Below are positions 1 to 13,200 of a stretch of 64,000 nucleotides of DNA, one piece after another. The stretch is from NCBI GenBank assembly GCA_002269645.1, contig NIVC01002443.1, positions 1 through 64,000 on the forward strand, written 5' to 3'. How positions within the stretch are numbered: the stretch's first letter is position 1; each line of letters opens with the position of its first letter. The notes below the pieces were generated by a model. That model searched no databases and was not told the DNA's origin. It saw only the letters and a program-made list of their open reading frames with translations. A program made the translations under genes and the position numbers. This stretch comes from Macrostomum lignano. Taxonomy: Eukaryota.

Positions 1-322
1 GGAGACAGGGGCGCCAACCAGGAGACAGGGGCGCCAACCAGGAGACAGGGGCGCCAACCATGAGACAGGGCGCCAACCAGGAGACAGGGGCGCCAACCAG
101 GAGACAGGGGCGCCAACCAAGAGACAGGGGCGCCAACCAGGAGACAGGGCGCCAACCAGGAGACAGGGCGCCAACCAGGAGACAGGGGCGCCAACCAGGA
201 GACAGGGGCGCCAACCAGGAGACAGGGGCGCCAACCAGGAGACAGGGCGCCAACCAGGAGACAGGGGCGCCAACCAGGAGACAGGGGCGCCAACCAAGAG
301 ACAGGGGCGCCCACCAAGAACC
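1..322. repeat. 20-bp minisatellite (GGAGACAGGGGCGCCAACCA)n, running off the window start
   Basis: About 16 near-identical 19-20 bp units are directly visible. The array is followed at 381-391 by GGTTGCGGCCC, a TIR-like end also seen after the related array at 41695-42190. Confidence 0.95.
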
Positions 323-635
323 ATGGGCACCCGCCAAGAACACGAGTGCTTTTCAAGACACCGAATGTCGTGCTCCTTATGGTTGCGGCCCTTCCAATTA
401 AAATGGTCACACACCTACGACCCTAAGTAGGTCACGGCCGCGTCCGCGGAGAGGGTGGGTGTGGGGATCAAATGGCCACACACCCACCACCCCACCGCAA
501 ACCGCATTTACTTAAAAGTGCACAGCGAAACTGTTATAGATTATAAAAACATTTATAAATTAGCATTGATATTTGTGATTTATGGCTTATGTCCAATACG
601 GGAACCCACTTAATGCACAAACCAATTATTTAAAG

Positions 636-916
636 CAGGGGTCGGCAGGGTCGACCGGTGGGTCACTTACGGCCCGCTAAGCCTGTCTATCGGTCCTCGG
701 GTTCTTTTAAACTTCACTTTAAACTTTAAAATTCGAGTTAGTGGTCTCTTCTCAGCTCCCTTCTTTCTTTTCTTGCCTCTCCTCTCTCCCATATCTCATC
801 TCTTATCTCTCATCTCTCTTCTCTATTACTGAAGTATCTCTTCTCTCTCCCCGCAGTTATGCGCTAGATTCTCTACCTTGCAGGCCCTTGAGGTAAAATA
901 ATTTAGCTGGACCATG
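636..916. mobile_element. Non-autonomous hAT (Charlie-like) MITE
   Basis: Begins CAGGGGTCGGCA and ends with a degenerate inverted end (TAGCTGGACCATG). A perfect 8-bp TSD ATTTAAAG lies at 628-635 and 917-924, with the central TA typical of Charlie-type hATs. Confidence 0.8.
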
Positions 917-1736
917 ATTTAAAGGAAAACTTAGGGTCTTTTAATATGCAACTGTTGTAATATTTAAGTTGCACTGCAAGCATTCATACAGGCTGTTATA
1001 TATTAGTGTCATTATAGCAAAATGTATTAGAGCTAAACCAAATACCATTACATGCATGCGTTCACAGAAAGTCAACGGAACTTTCGAAGCGCTTCAGATG
1101 CCCATACAGTATGTGTGGGTAGGTATGCATGCGTGCATATATGCTAGTCTGGTATGGCGTTGCTGCTGCTGTGTGCGGCAAAGTCACGTACAAAAATACA
1201 GAAGCATCGCGTTCTTTGCAGACGAACCGTTCTTTTCACTACCCACCTGCAACCCACCCTCCCCTTCAGCGATGACAGGCATGGGGCGCCTCTGCGGTAT
1301 AAAGCCTATAGCCAAAAATAAGGAGCCAAAAGCAAAATTTCATTTCGAGGCTGGAGATGCAGCAGCGTCTGCCTGGATGCTTCGATCCCCGAGGAGCTTT
1401 GTAATTGGCTATAATTTGCAGTTGCCCCCATGGTTCCATGCTTGTTGGCTTTTAGTTGTAGTTTCTTTTAGCTTGCTACAGACATATTCCCATAAACTGC
1501 GAACTTGCTAAAAATATGCTGCAAAAATATTTGATACAATTCTTGAAATAAAACTCTAACGCCGCTTTTCATACTACTGAAAGTAACAGTTTTAATGAAT
1601 ACATGTATACAACACAAAGCTTCATATATGTATGCACTGAACTGGATAAACATAAAGAATTATCTACATTTATTAGTTATTGACATGTCTCTGAATTAGT
1701 CAATGACAACTGACAAATAGTAGTGACGTCTGTGCA

Positions 1737-2915
1737 TGCCTGACAGGGCCATCGCTAAGTGCAAGCTCCTGCCTCACACTGACCTTTGCCTCAAAGACTT
1801 GAGAGACGGCGGCGGGCTCCAAGTCTTATCTGACGGTGAATCCCGCACTCTGAACCTCTTTCAGCGCTACAAGGTCACCATCCCCTCTAGGGATGCTGCC
1901 ACTGACCACTGGAACTTCCAGGAGGTCCATTGCTGCACGGACGGATCCATCAAAGACGGCCGCGCCGGCTTTGGGGTCTGCATCATCATCAACGGCCGCG
2001 CCATGCACACTGGCAGACTCTCCACAGTCTTCCAGAACGAATTCCTTGCCATCAGCTCCTGCGCTGCAGAGCTGAACGTCAAGGGTACGAGAGGAGACTA
2101 TTGTCATCCACTCCGACAGCCAAGCGGTTCTACAGGCCCTTTGCCACACCACAACGAACTCCCGGACAGTCGCCGACTGCGCCGACTGCTCAACCTCCTG
2201 GCCAGTAGCAATACTGTTACTGACTAAAGTGGATCCCATGGCATACAGGCTTTCTGGGGAACGAGCTGGCAGACACCCCCACCAAGAGGGGCGGCTCTGG
2301 CTCTTTCTTTGGCCCTGCCCCCTTGATCCCTATGCCCTCGACGGTCATCAATCGTCAGATCGATGACTGGGCTGACTCCCTCCACAGGGACAGATGGGCG
2401 GGCACCCAAAAACTGCCGACAATCTCGTGCCGCGGTTTCGTGCCCCTCTCGCAGGCTCAGAAACGTCCTTCTGAAGCAAAATCAGAAGGATATTTGAGCC
2501 CTTGTCATGACCCTCACCGGCCATGGCTACCTCGCCAGGCACTGCTTCCTCCGAGGCGACCTCGAGATTAAACTTTGCCCCTTTTGCGAGTACGACAATG
2601 AAGATGCTCAGCACTTTGTTTGTCACTGCCCTTTCTTTACCAGAGACCGGCTACGCTACCTCGGGCCGAACCCGTCCATTGACGAGGTCTGCCAGCCTGA
2701 CAGCATCTCACGACTCATCCAGTTCCTTCGAGCGACAAGACGAGCCAGTTTCTTCCCCACGGAAGATCACGCTGCAGGACGGACCGGCGGACCCCCCTGA
2801 CCGGCCCATACGCCTCTGCCTGTCTGCGGGCCTTCAGGGGCTACCGGAATGGGCGACCCTCGCCTCCCCGCTGTGTCTACGGACCAATCTGCAGCTAGCT
2901 ATATAAGCCAAGTAA
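1737..2915 (+). mobile_element. 5'-truncated, frameshifted non-LTR retrotransposon (I/Loa/R1 group): RNase H plus C-terminal CCHC finger
   Basis: RNase H motifs CCTDGS..GFGV, E..AI and LKWIPWHTGFLGNELAD (about 2224-2275, in a different frame). C-terminus LTGHGYL..CPFC....EDAQHFVCHCP. The 3' end carries an AAGT-type tail (CCAAGTAAGTC). Confidence 0.9.
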
Positions 2916-2919
2916 GTCA

Positions 2920-3110
2920 GAGATCGGTGCAAGTGACGTCTGTGCAATTTAGCTATAGTGGCATCTGTCAAGTGACGTCTGTGCAATAGTTATAGTGACA
3001 TCTGTGGAAGTGACGTTAGTGCAATATAGCTATAGTGACATCTGTGCAAGTGACGTCTGTTCATTTGTTATAGTGACGTCTCTGCATTAGTTAGTGACAT
3101 CTCAGCAGTT
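2920..3110. repeat. Degenerate ~39-bp tandem repeat (AGTGACGTCTGTGCAA..TATAGTGACATCTGT)
   Basis: AGTGACGTCTGT recurs at 2932 and 2971, with further degenerate copies. The same 15-mer sits at 1722-1736 on the other side of the LINE. Confidence 0.75.
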
Positions 3111-4202
3111 TGGGACGTATCTTCAAAAACTAGTGCTTCAATTTGTCTTACGATTGTTAGTATAGATTCACGTGAATTAATATTTATGTAGAATTGTAAG
3201 GACAAACGGAAAAACGACACGAGAAACTACTGGTTTTGTATGAGGAACTTAAAGCTGGTGGTAGTGACCGTAAAAGAGTTTAGTTGAAATGGTATTTTTG
3301 TATATTTGTACTTTTGCAAGGTAAGATTGTATCATTAAATTATTATTCTCAAGAGAGCTTACAGACGTTTATTTTAAAAGAAATGTTTTAGCTTTTTTAT
3401 CTAATTGTTCATGTTTTTAGACGTCATTAGAATCAGTAAGAATGCATGTACATGAACAATAAATTTACATAAAATCGAGAACGTAGCGGAAATATAAATA
3501 TTAATATTGACATGCTAGGGTAGACCGTACATTATTGCATGAAGAAAAAGATATTTCATTTTAATGGATGATTAGCAAAACGAATATTCCTTAATGAACG
3601 TTTAATTGTTCAACTATTTTGAAGCGTGTCGTGTTAAAATGATTTTTTATAGAATTAAACAAATGTATGGCCGTCAAATTGCTTTCCTTTTTAAGAAGAT
3701 TGTAAAAGTCATTTTACAGCTTGATGTGTTACAATACGAATAAATAAATAGGATTTTGTAAGTTGCGAATTAATTGAGATGCATTAATTGATTATGTCGA
3801 TATTGTGTCAGTCTAACGCCGACAAGCTCAAAAACTGATTATGACGAAAATTAGGTTAGTATGGTAAACATACTGGTAAAAAGATGATAGTTACTGACAC
3901 TGGAAATTGGTGAAAAGAAATTAATAAGTGGATTAAAGATTGATAAGATCGGGGTCTCTAAATAGTAGGTACATGTATTAACGACCTTCAGATTGGTAAT
4001 AAAGGACTCTAAAGTTAATATTGGTTGCAAGCATTCCCAATCATACGGTGTTAAAAAGAGTACACTTCTGACTTTAAAATCTTAAAATGTTACGACTACT
4101 TCCGAAACTGTGTTATCTAGCTCGTAAGATGGTCTTTGTTTTGACTTTATTTTGATCGATTTATCATTCAAGAGGATAGCTCCTCAGCGCAAGGATCCTA
4201 TA

Positions 4203-7200
4203 CTACTCGTCAGTGAACACGAGGTGGCCGGAGAAGGCCGAATAAGAATAGCCGTGCAGATACCAGACCGGTACGTAGGTCTTGTCCGAAGACCAATACT
4301 GACGGTACTGCACCCAGACAGTGTCGAGGCGCTGCAACCGCACCAGGATCTGGTTGCTGGTGTCGCCCCAGTCTGGCACAGACTGGCACCACAGCGGGAA
4401 CAGGAGCCGTTTCTGACTGCCGGAGCCAGTCATCACGTGAACTGCGGCCTGAAAGAAAACAGTTTTTTTGCAGAGAAAATCTTAATTTTAAGGAATTGAT
4501 GATGTGTACATGTACGTGGTTAAAAAAATAAAAATGAACTGAATTCATCTAAAAATGCATATGCAACCGTATAAATGACTGTTGCTGTTACTGATAACAA
4601 ATCAACAGTAAATGAATACGCAGATTATTGTGCAAATTGTGCAAGCTAAATTTGTCTGGTACCAATTCGTAAAAATTAAGTGAGATCGTAAAACACTACT
4701 CTCGTACTACACATGTACAGTACGTGTATCTATGTGTGCATGTACATTTAAAAATTCCCACCATATGTATATATTGCATCTCAATCGCACTCTATCACCT
4801 TTTAACCCATCCAGTCACTCTCACCCAGTCACTCTCACTCTCACTCATGCAGTCACTCCCACTCTTACTCGTGCAGTCACTCTCACTCTCCCTCAGTCAC
4901 TCTCACCCAGTCACTCTCTCTCTCACTCATCCAGTCACTCTTTCCCAGTCACTCTCTCCCACTCGCTCTCACCTAGTCACTCTCACCTAGTCACTCTCAC
5001 CTAGTCACTCTAACCTAGTCACTCTCCCCCATTCACTCCTCCCCAGTCACTCTTTCTCAGTCACTCTCACCCAGTCTAACCAGTCACTCGCCTTAATTCA
5101 GTAAGGTACGTATCTTCTACAGATACATGTACGACATGATATGGTAAAGTGTGCCGTTAACACCAGAAACAGTGTCCTACAGTAAAACTAACTTGTGTTT
5201 GACTAGGATCTACTGCAGATCTTTATGCAAATCAGAAAATCATTTTTGCAATGAAGTTCTTACAGCGCATGTTGGATTATGTATGATTGCCTGCTTAATA
5301 AATGGAAATTACTGAATTCCAATATGGACGAAAAAATATCGTAAAGGGGTAAAGGCCAAAAGACATGTTTTTTCATTTCATAATCCGCCTGAATCATGCT
5401 AGTTCTTCCAAAATCGATTATTATAGCTAGCAATTCTAGATCGACGCCCATCTCTTTCATTTTGATCAATATCTTCTGGGGGGAAAGGAAATCCTTTGGG
5501 AAATCAAAGTACACGTGCAGGCATTCGAATTTTTCGTTGAGTCGCCAGTAATAATGAACTCAGTGTGAGTTCTGAATTTATGAATCTCTGAATCAGAGTT
5601 ATAGCTAGTGTTCGTACGTCAAACTCTGATCAAAATTTTAACAAAAAGACGCATTAATAAAATTGAGACCATTTATGCATGTTGCATTTTAAAATGTGAG
5701 TTAGGAAAATTAAAAATAAAACTTCAATAATGGTTTCTCGTTTAAAACAGGTTCTATTTGGAGAGCTAAATGTTCATTTTAAGCTATTTCCTGGATTTAT
5801 ATATGAGCAGTACATACGTGTATATGGTTACTGGTTACTTACTGTGCTGTACTGAAAAGGCCAATATGGAATTAGTCTTATTAAATTTTCTTTATTTTTT
5901 AAAACAGCATAGCTGGTTAAAAATTGAATGAAAAAGCAAACATCTATACAATTTTTTACTGAATATGTAAGACACTGCAATCAAACGTAAGAAATCTAGC
6001 TACATTATTGCGTCGAAAGCGATCTAAATACTACTAGACCGAAATTGCAAGACAGACAGTAAAACAAATCATGCATAACGAAAATGTAACTACATGCAAC
6101 TGTTGTATAATAAATAGTTTAATGACTTTACAACAAGGCACTGGGAGTTGAAGCATGCGAGCTCGTAGATGTTTTTCATTTATTCTCAAGTAACAAACAC
6201 CTGATATTTATTTAATTCGTTTCTTTTCCTGGAATGAGCCGACGAAACGTGCGTCAACCCATTCATTTGTGAGTTATCTACAACTTTTTTTGTTGATAAT
6301 AAGAAACAATAATAAATTTAGTCGTAACTTATTTTATGCTGTCAAAAATGCGTTTTCAAAATCCGAAGATTGTGATTTGGTAGCAATTCAAGGATGACGT
6401 ATATTGAATTTCGCTTACAATTGTTGAAAGCGGGAGGAGGCAAGAAATTGTCACAGAGAGTGGTTTGACGGAAGGGGCAAGCTAGAATAGAAATAGATGG
6501 AGCTCCCGGATACACCCACATTATTTAATACAAAACTATATAGAGTGCTCTCGCATTAAGTATGTTCTATTTCTTCAAAATAAATAACTTAAATCAGGAA
6601 CGTTGTGCTGAAAATTAAGGTAAAAGTCAGTGTAAGGCTTAATTTCATAGCCTAAATAGTAGATTTCGTAACACGGCTGCATGAAAACACCTGTTCAACC
6701 CCTGGGCTCTGACGTTGAAAAGTACAGCCGCCAGGCCTCGTCTCCTAGGCTTTCAATTGCCGCGCCATCACACCGCTGGCTCTGCGGTCTGCGACCTTCG
6801 TCTTTGCGATCCGCTCTATCGTCTGCCGAAGCGGCAAGCGTGGAGGTGCCGAGTACGCGGAGGTGTGCGCTGCAGTTCAAGCCGCCGAGGAACAAGCAGT
6901 CCCGCTGATGCGACCGGCCCAGCGGGAGAAGCCGGTATGGCAAGACAATCGGGCCGCGATTCGGCAAGCGAGGGAAGAGCTGGAGAGACTCCGTTTCCGA
7001 GAGAGCGCCAGCAGGCTGCTGTTGATGACGCCACTGGGCCCGATGCCAGAGGCCGCGTTGGACTGGTCGGCTATCAATGCTCTGACGGGGCGAAAGTGGC
7101 GCACTCCACTAAACCTAGCAGGCTACTCTGCGGACGAGCGCAGTAACAAGCTGCGTGAGTTCTTCGCTGTCATTGTTAACGCGCCGCCACCCCCTCTGCC

Positions 7201-10200
7201 AGACAGTCTGACACTGCCACCGGTGATGCAGTTGCTGGCAGAGGAGAGCTTCAGCCTAGCACCAGTCAGCACAGCCGACGTTGTGAGGCTCGCCCAACAG
7301 TCACCAGGCGGGAAAGCGCTGGGTCCGGACGAGCAGCCCCATCGAGACGCTGCACATTCACTGTGTGGCCGCTGAGGTCGCCAGAGTGATGAACTGCGTG
7401 CTTATCGGTGAGGAGGCACCCAACGAATGGACCAGGAGCACATTGTCACAATTCCTAAGAAGCCGAGCACCACGAGGCTTGAGGAGCATCGAGGCATCTG
7501 CCTTCAGTCCTGCGCTGCGAAGCTGTTGAACCGGATGCTGCTATCGCGGTTGCAGCCCGTGTTGGATCCGTACCTGCGTCCTGAGCAGAACGGCTTCCGG
7601 CCCCATCGTGACACAATGACGCAGATCCTGGCTCTTCGCCGAGTCGCCGAGTCATCGAGGACGCGCGGACACGCCAGTCGATCCTGATTGTTATCTTCAT
7701 AGATTTCAAGAAGGCATTCGACTCGGTCAGGTCTGTGCTCCCAAAGGTGCTCCGTGCGTACAACGTGCCAGAGCAGCTGATTTCCGCCATCATGGCGATG
7801 TACCGTGATACAAAAGCTACTGTTTCAACACCGGACGGCCTATCGGACTTCTTTGAGACATCCTCCGGGGTGCTTCAAGGAGATACGCTTGCGCCGTTCC
7901 TGTTCGTTCTGGTGCTTAACTGGGTGCTGCGGACCGCTCTTCCTACCAAAGGACGACGGCTTTCTGTTGCGGCGACGCGTGAGTCCACGTCAACCGGAGA
8001 TCCAGAGACCTGGACGCTGACGGAATCGCTCGAGCAACAAGTTGACGCGGCGCACTCTGGCCTGCTGCGCAAAATCGGCTATGAGCGATTGACCAACGCA
8101 GCTTTGTTTCATCGCGCCGGCCGGGTCCGTGGCGACTCCAGCTGGCAGGCCACATCATCCGCACCGAGTCGTACTGCTCACAGCCGGTTCAGGAGGTGCT
8201 GCTGCTGACGCTGTAGGCACCCTACCGGCGGGGCAGGCCCGCACTCGGCGTTTCGTCGACTGCCTGCTGGCTGACGCCGGCGCCCCGGATTCGGCTGGCG
8301 GCGTTGCGTTCATTCGCGACCTGACCCTGAGGCGCGCAATGTGACGCTGAAAGCGTATTCTGTTGTTGTTGCTAGACTTTGTCCACCTCTTGATGGTGCG
8401 GTAGCTGACCTTGCGGCCGAGATCCCATTATATAGACAGCGGGCCCGGGTTGTTTGAAAGTACACGCCAAAGGCATGGCCGCCACTAGTCACCTGTGCAG
8501 GAGTACAACCGGTAAAACTCCCACTAACGAGACGAATGTATACACCCGGTCTGTATAAAGACGAAGGTTCTTGACCCCAACTGTACTAGAAACTGCCGAT
8601 TAAGTCACTCTATGCGAGGCATAAAAAGGACAGTCAAGTCAGTGCTGCTATGATTGTTTGGTTGGATTCGTCTCATACTCGGTGATTTTGCACTCTCCAT
8701 CCTCAGCTTCTATTCCTTGCTCTGCGATAGGCACACTCTCTACTCACAACTCAAAAGGGCTCAAAACGGGCTCCTTATTTATAGCCCTGATGCATGTATC
8801 GAAGGCCGTGACCTGTCTTTGGCCTCCGTTATAAAGCAGCCCTGATGATGTCACAAGTCAGCTGCGCTGTGATTGGACGAGAAATTGGGGTGGCGCGCAA
8901 AGGAGAAAATGATTTATGATGGAGGATTACGTAACAGGCGGTAAAAAGCTTGATAAGATAGGGGGTCATAAAACTGTCACACGCATTGATGATTTCGAAC
9001 AATAGAAGGGAGGTGAGGAGGTGGGGTTGGTGCGCGGGAGAGTGGGATGGGTAATAATCATGAGTCATCGTGATGAATAATCCCAATGCAGAGTCGTGAT
9101 GGGGGCGCACGGATCACAAGAGAAGGGGAGAAGGGGAAGGTGTGCAAAAATTAGTGGAGAGGCCCAGGACGTGCCTACGGACGAAATCAAGCACTAAAAC
9201 TCCTCTATTAATAAGCAACGGAAGATGCACACTAATTGCAACGGTTAGGAAGCGACTAAAGTTCTAGCTAAGGTCTACTGGCCTCAAACACAAATTACAT
9301 ACGAGCTATTTTGTTATTTGCTAAGAACTATAGAAGAGCTACTTTTTACGCTCGTAAGGCTTGGCATTGCTATTGTGCTAAGCTAAAGCTTCAGACAAAA
9401 GCATCTTAAACATTAAGAACATTTTTATACTTTTTTGTTATACTAAGCTGTATACGCTCGGGCGCTAAAAGATATATATGCTTGTTAGTAATTATTTTGT
9501 TTTGACTGGTCGGTAAAATGTGGGTACTAGTGAAAACTAACGATGACTTTTTATTAAGAAAATTTTGAATCGTTTTTTTCAATTTTTTTCGTGGCATTAA
9601 AATATCGTTGACTTTGATTTTTAAGTCAACGTCAATGTAAAAAAGGAAATTATTTTGCATAATTACGACCTGAAACAAAAGTTTAAAAAATTCAAATTGA
9701 TACTGAATTTCGACCTCGAAACTAAATGGGTGGAAAATAATGGGAAACGTTTTTATTCTGATCGAATTAAATCGTATGTTGATAAAAAAATTTTAGTGAC
9801 TTTCTATAGGAGTCTATCTAGTTGAATCTGTCGCAGAGATACGTGCGTATCGATCGCATTGAATCATGCGAAATTTTCTCATAAAATCGGGGAGTAGATC
9901 TAGCTTCTAGATTAACAGAGAGTTTTACGCATAACTTACGTACATCGAAACGAAAAACAAACGAATGGGTTGACGTTGGGTCGACATTACCACCTCATCT
10001 CACCGATAAGATCGTGACGATCGATCTCATCACAGACCGAATTGGTGAGAGCCGCGGGGGCAAATTCGCTTACTTGAATTGTATCGTCGGCTCCTTCCAA
10101 GCTTTTTGAGCGCAGCTCCAACTCCTTCCAACCTACCGTTAAACCTACCGTGCGCTGTCCTTGAGCCGCAATCTTTACGTAGATCTGATACACACCGGCG

Positions 10201-13200
10201 ACTGGGGCAGTGAAGATCCCGCTGGCGGGGTCGTACGCGCTGCCGGCGTTCAATTCAACAATTTCGAATTTCACCACCGGCTCGGCCTCGCTATTGGCCC
10301 CGTCTGTGAACGGGTCCCGGTGCGTGTTGTTGTACAGGTGAGCGTAGAAGGCCACCTTGGGCACCATCTGAGCGTCTCGACCTGCGTCAGGATAGATGGA
10401 TAGATTAGCTAGATAGATGTTTCCTTTGAACCAACACAAATCATTTGTGAATTTTCCCATGCACTTAAACCGCTATGCTTGTGTTTTTCTGTTTCATGCT
10501 TTCTCGTGGTTTTTACTTCGCACTTTTTAATGGTAAAGGATTCTTTCCGAGATAAATACAGTGGATTTGATGAGCACTCATGAAGTTTAAAAATTGTAGC
10601 AGATGGATCGAATAAAAACATTTTGATCCACTGCAGATCCATTTAATTTCCTCCATTCTTTCTTTTCTAATCTAAAAGCTCGGCTTGCAGATGATGGCAT
10701 GGCAAAATAATCGCTTTAAAAACTGCGAACAATTTTGATAATTGTCTTTCTTTTGGGGTGGGTCGAATCACGCAATTCATGTGAAAGCTCCATTCCGGTG
10801 CAAACTGCGGCGATGCCACCACGCTCAATTGCTCACAAAAATGAATTTAGCATCCCTCGACTCGCGGCCTTTGAAAAGGGAGAGAAGAATTTCTTTGCTC
10901 CCCGAGCGAAATCCACGTCTCATTTTACTCGGACCTTTGAGCGGTCGCCAACAAATTGGCCTGATCAGATTGGGGCACGATCTTTTCTTACAAAGAGAGG
11001 AAAAGAATCGTAAAAAGAGGAAAGGCAGTTTAAGCCCCGCCCTAAAAAACTTGCTCCCCAAAGAGAATCTGAACGACAGTCTTTAAAATATTGTATATTT
11101 GTTTGTAATATCGCTTCGAAGCCACGAATTGAGATTTTAAAAGCAATTTAAAACGATTAAAAAAATCAATTTGAAGCCATGTGAACGTGTATTTAATGTA
11201 ACATTATTCGTTTTATGCACATTTTAACAAACTTTTAAATCATTTAGATCTTTCCAACAACAACAAACTAAATCTCTAAGGATATTTACACGAATGAAAA
11301 ATCCACAACAAGAAAACGTACTATATATGGTTTTCGATATGCAGCCCAGATCAGCTGAATATGCTTCGAAATATCTCGCATGTTTCATTCACTATAACAA
11401 AGTTAATTTAAATAGAAAATTAATAATGTACATGTATATTCGAATTTAAAAGAGTGAAGTTTGGGCAAAATGCAAATTAATTATAGTCAATCAGATCTGT
11501 TCATAGCATTCTGGGTTTGAGCAGTTTAATATGCTTTTCAATCAATTAAAGAGACGCCCAGTAAGTAAACATTGAAAATATTGCCAAATTTTGCGAGTTC
11601 TTATAGCTATAAAAAGCTTTCTCGCGGATTTTCTTACAATTAAAATAGCAGACTTACAAAAATACTCAACAGAGTTTAAGCTTCAACTACATGCAACCAA
11701 TCAATCAAGCATAAACGATTAATTTAAAAGAATGTTAAAATCAATCAAACACTGAAAACAGATTCCCCATCAGTACAGCAATGGAAATAGCCAAGCTGAC
11801 CCCAAAGTCCCGAACTCGAGTGCCGCCATTGCCGCCAGCCTGTACTTTAGCCGGCGTCGCTAAATGATTTACACCGTCTGCTGCGGGTCCCGCATCGGGA
11901 CTGCCTGACTCGCCCTTAGCTGGCTGCTTGGACTCCGATGAGCCCTTAGGCGTCGCCGCCGCCGCAGTGGTAGCATCATAGAAGTGCTTCAGCAAGTCGG
12001 TCTGACCAGCTCTGTCATCGGGAAAGTGCACCAAAGAAGCGGCAATCAGCTGACTAATGAGTTCCTCTGTGGCGTTGAGCTGCACCAGGCCGCTGCCGGG
12101 TCCCCCGAACTCGCAGGTCTCACCTGTGCTGGCCTCAACCAGGGCGAGTTGGCACTGGCCCAACCCGCTTGGCTGCTCATTTTCGTCCGCTTCGTCGGCA
12201 AACATCATCTGGTCATCAGGCTCTTCGCCATCACTATCAGCGTCATTATTTAGATACGAATTGTCGTTCACGTAGTCAACAGTGGCTGCTTCCCGGTCAA
12301 CAGCTGGGACGGGCCCTACAAATTTTAATTATTGGGAAATTGATTAATTAACTTTGCTATTTTTTACTATCCAAGTTGTTATTTTTTGGTAATGATCAGT
12401 ACTGCTGTTTCTTAGAAAATGTCCCAGCTGTTGCCGGTGCCAAACTTCGAATGAGCGCACCAAAGTCAATGTAAGTACAACACTTAGCAATTGCTAACAC
12501 GTTATGACTCATTCTGTCACGTGTTAACTTCAAATTGTTCATTAAGAGAAGATAGTCGTTAAGTTAGTCGGTTAATAGGTTACTTCCTGTTACTTCCTTA
12601 TCCTTGACCTCCCTTCGATGGCCGTCCCACGTTGCAGTTCGGCTTCTTTTGAGAAGGGGCAGAGGGGTCAGCTAACCTCCCCCTTAAATTTTCATTCTCT
12701 TCGTTACCATGGATATGATACCTGAGATATCAATGAGATACCAATTAAACCAAGCCCAGAAATACAAGCAGTGTGTCGCAAGTTTTTCACGTAAAGCAGA
12801 TTTTATTTGCTTTTTCTGCTACCAGTACAAACAATTCACCATCGATATAATTTCTGTTTGCATTATTGCAGCTTCCTAAGTGAAAGACAGTATCTCTTTT
12901 GAGGACCAAAAAATCGAAAAGAAATAAATGCCAGGAACAAATATTAGCAAGCGAGCGTTTGATCCGGTGTTGTCTGAAGCATGAGTCGTCTTCCATTTGA
13001 GCAAAGGCAATCAAATCAGGTGATACAAGCTATAAAGTTGCCTTACTAACGGAAAATAGAGCATACCCACATGTAGCAGGTAAACCTGAGTTCAGCCCAG
13101 TGGATAATGTTAGGGTGTCTAGTTAAACTTAAGGAAGTTCAGCAGATTTCTATCGATCTATCTCGATGCAATGTATCCTAGAAATCAGAAGCATATAGCA

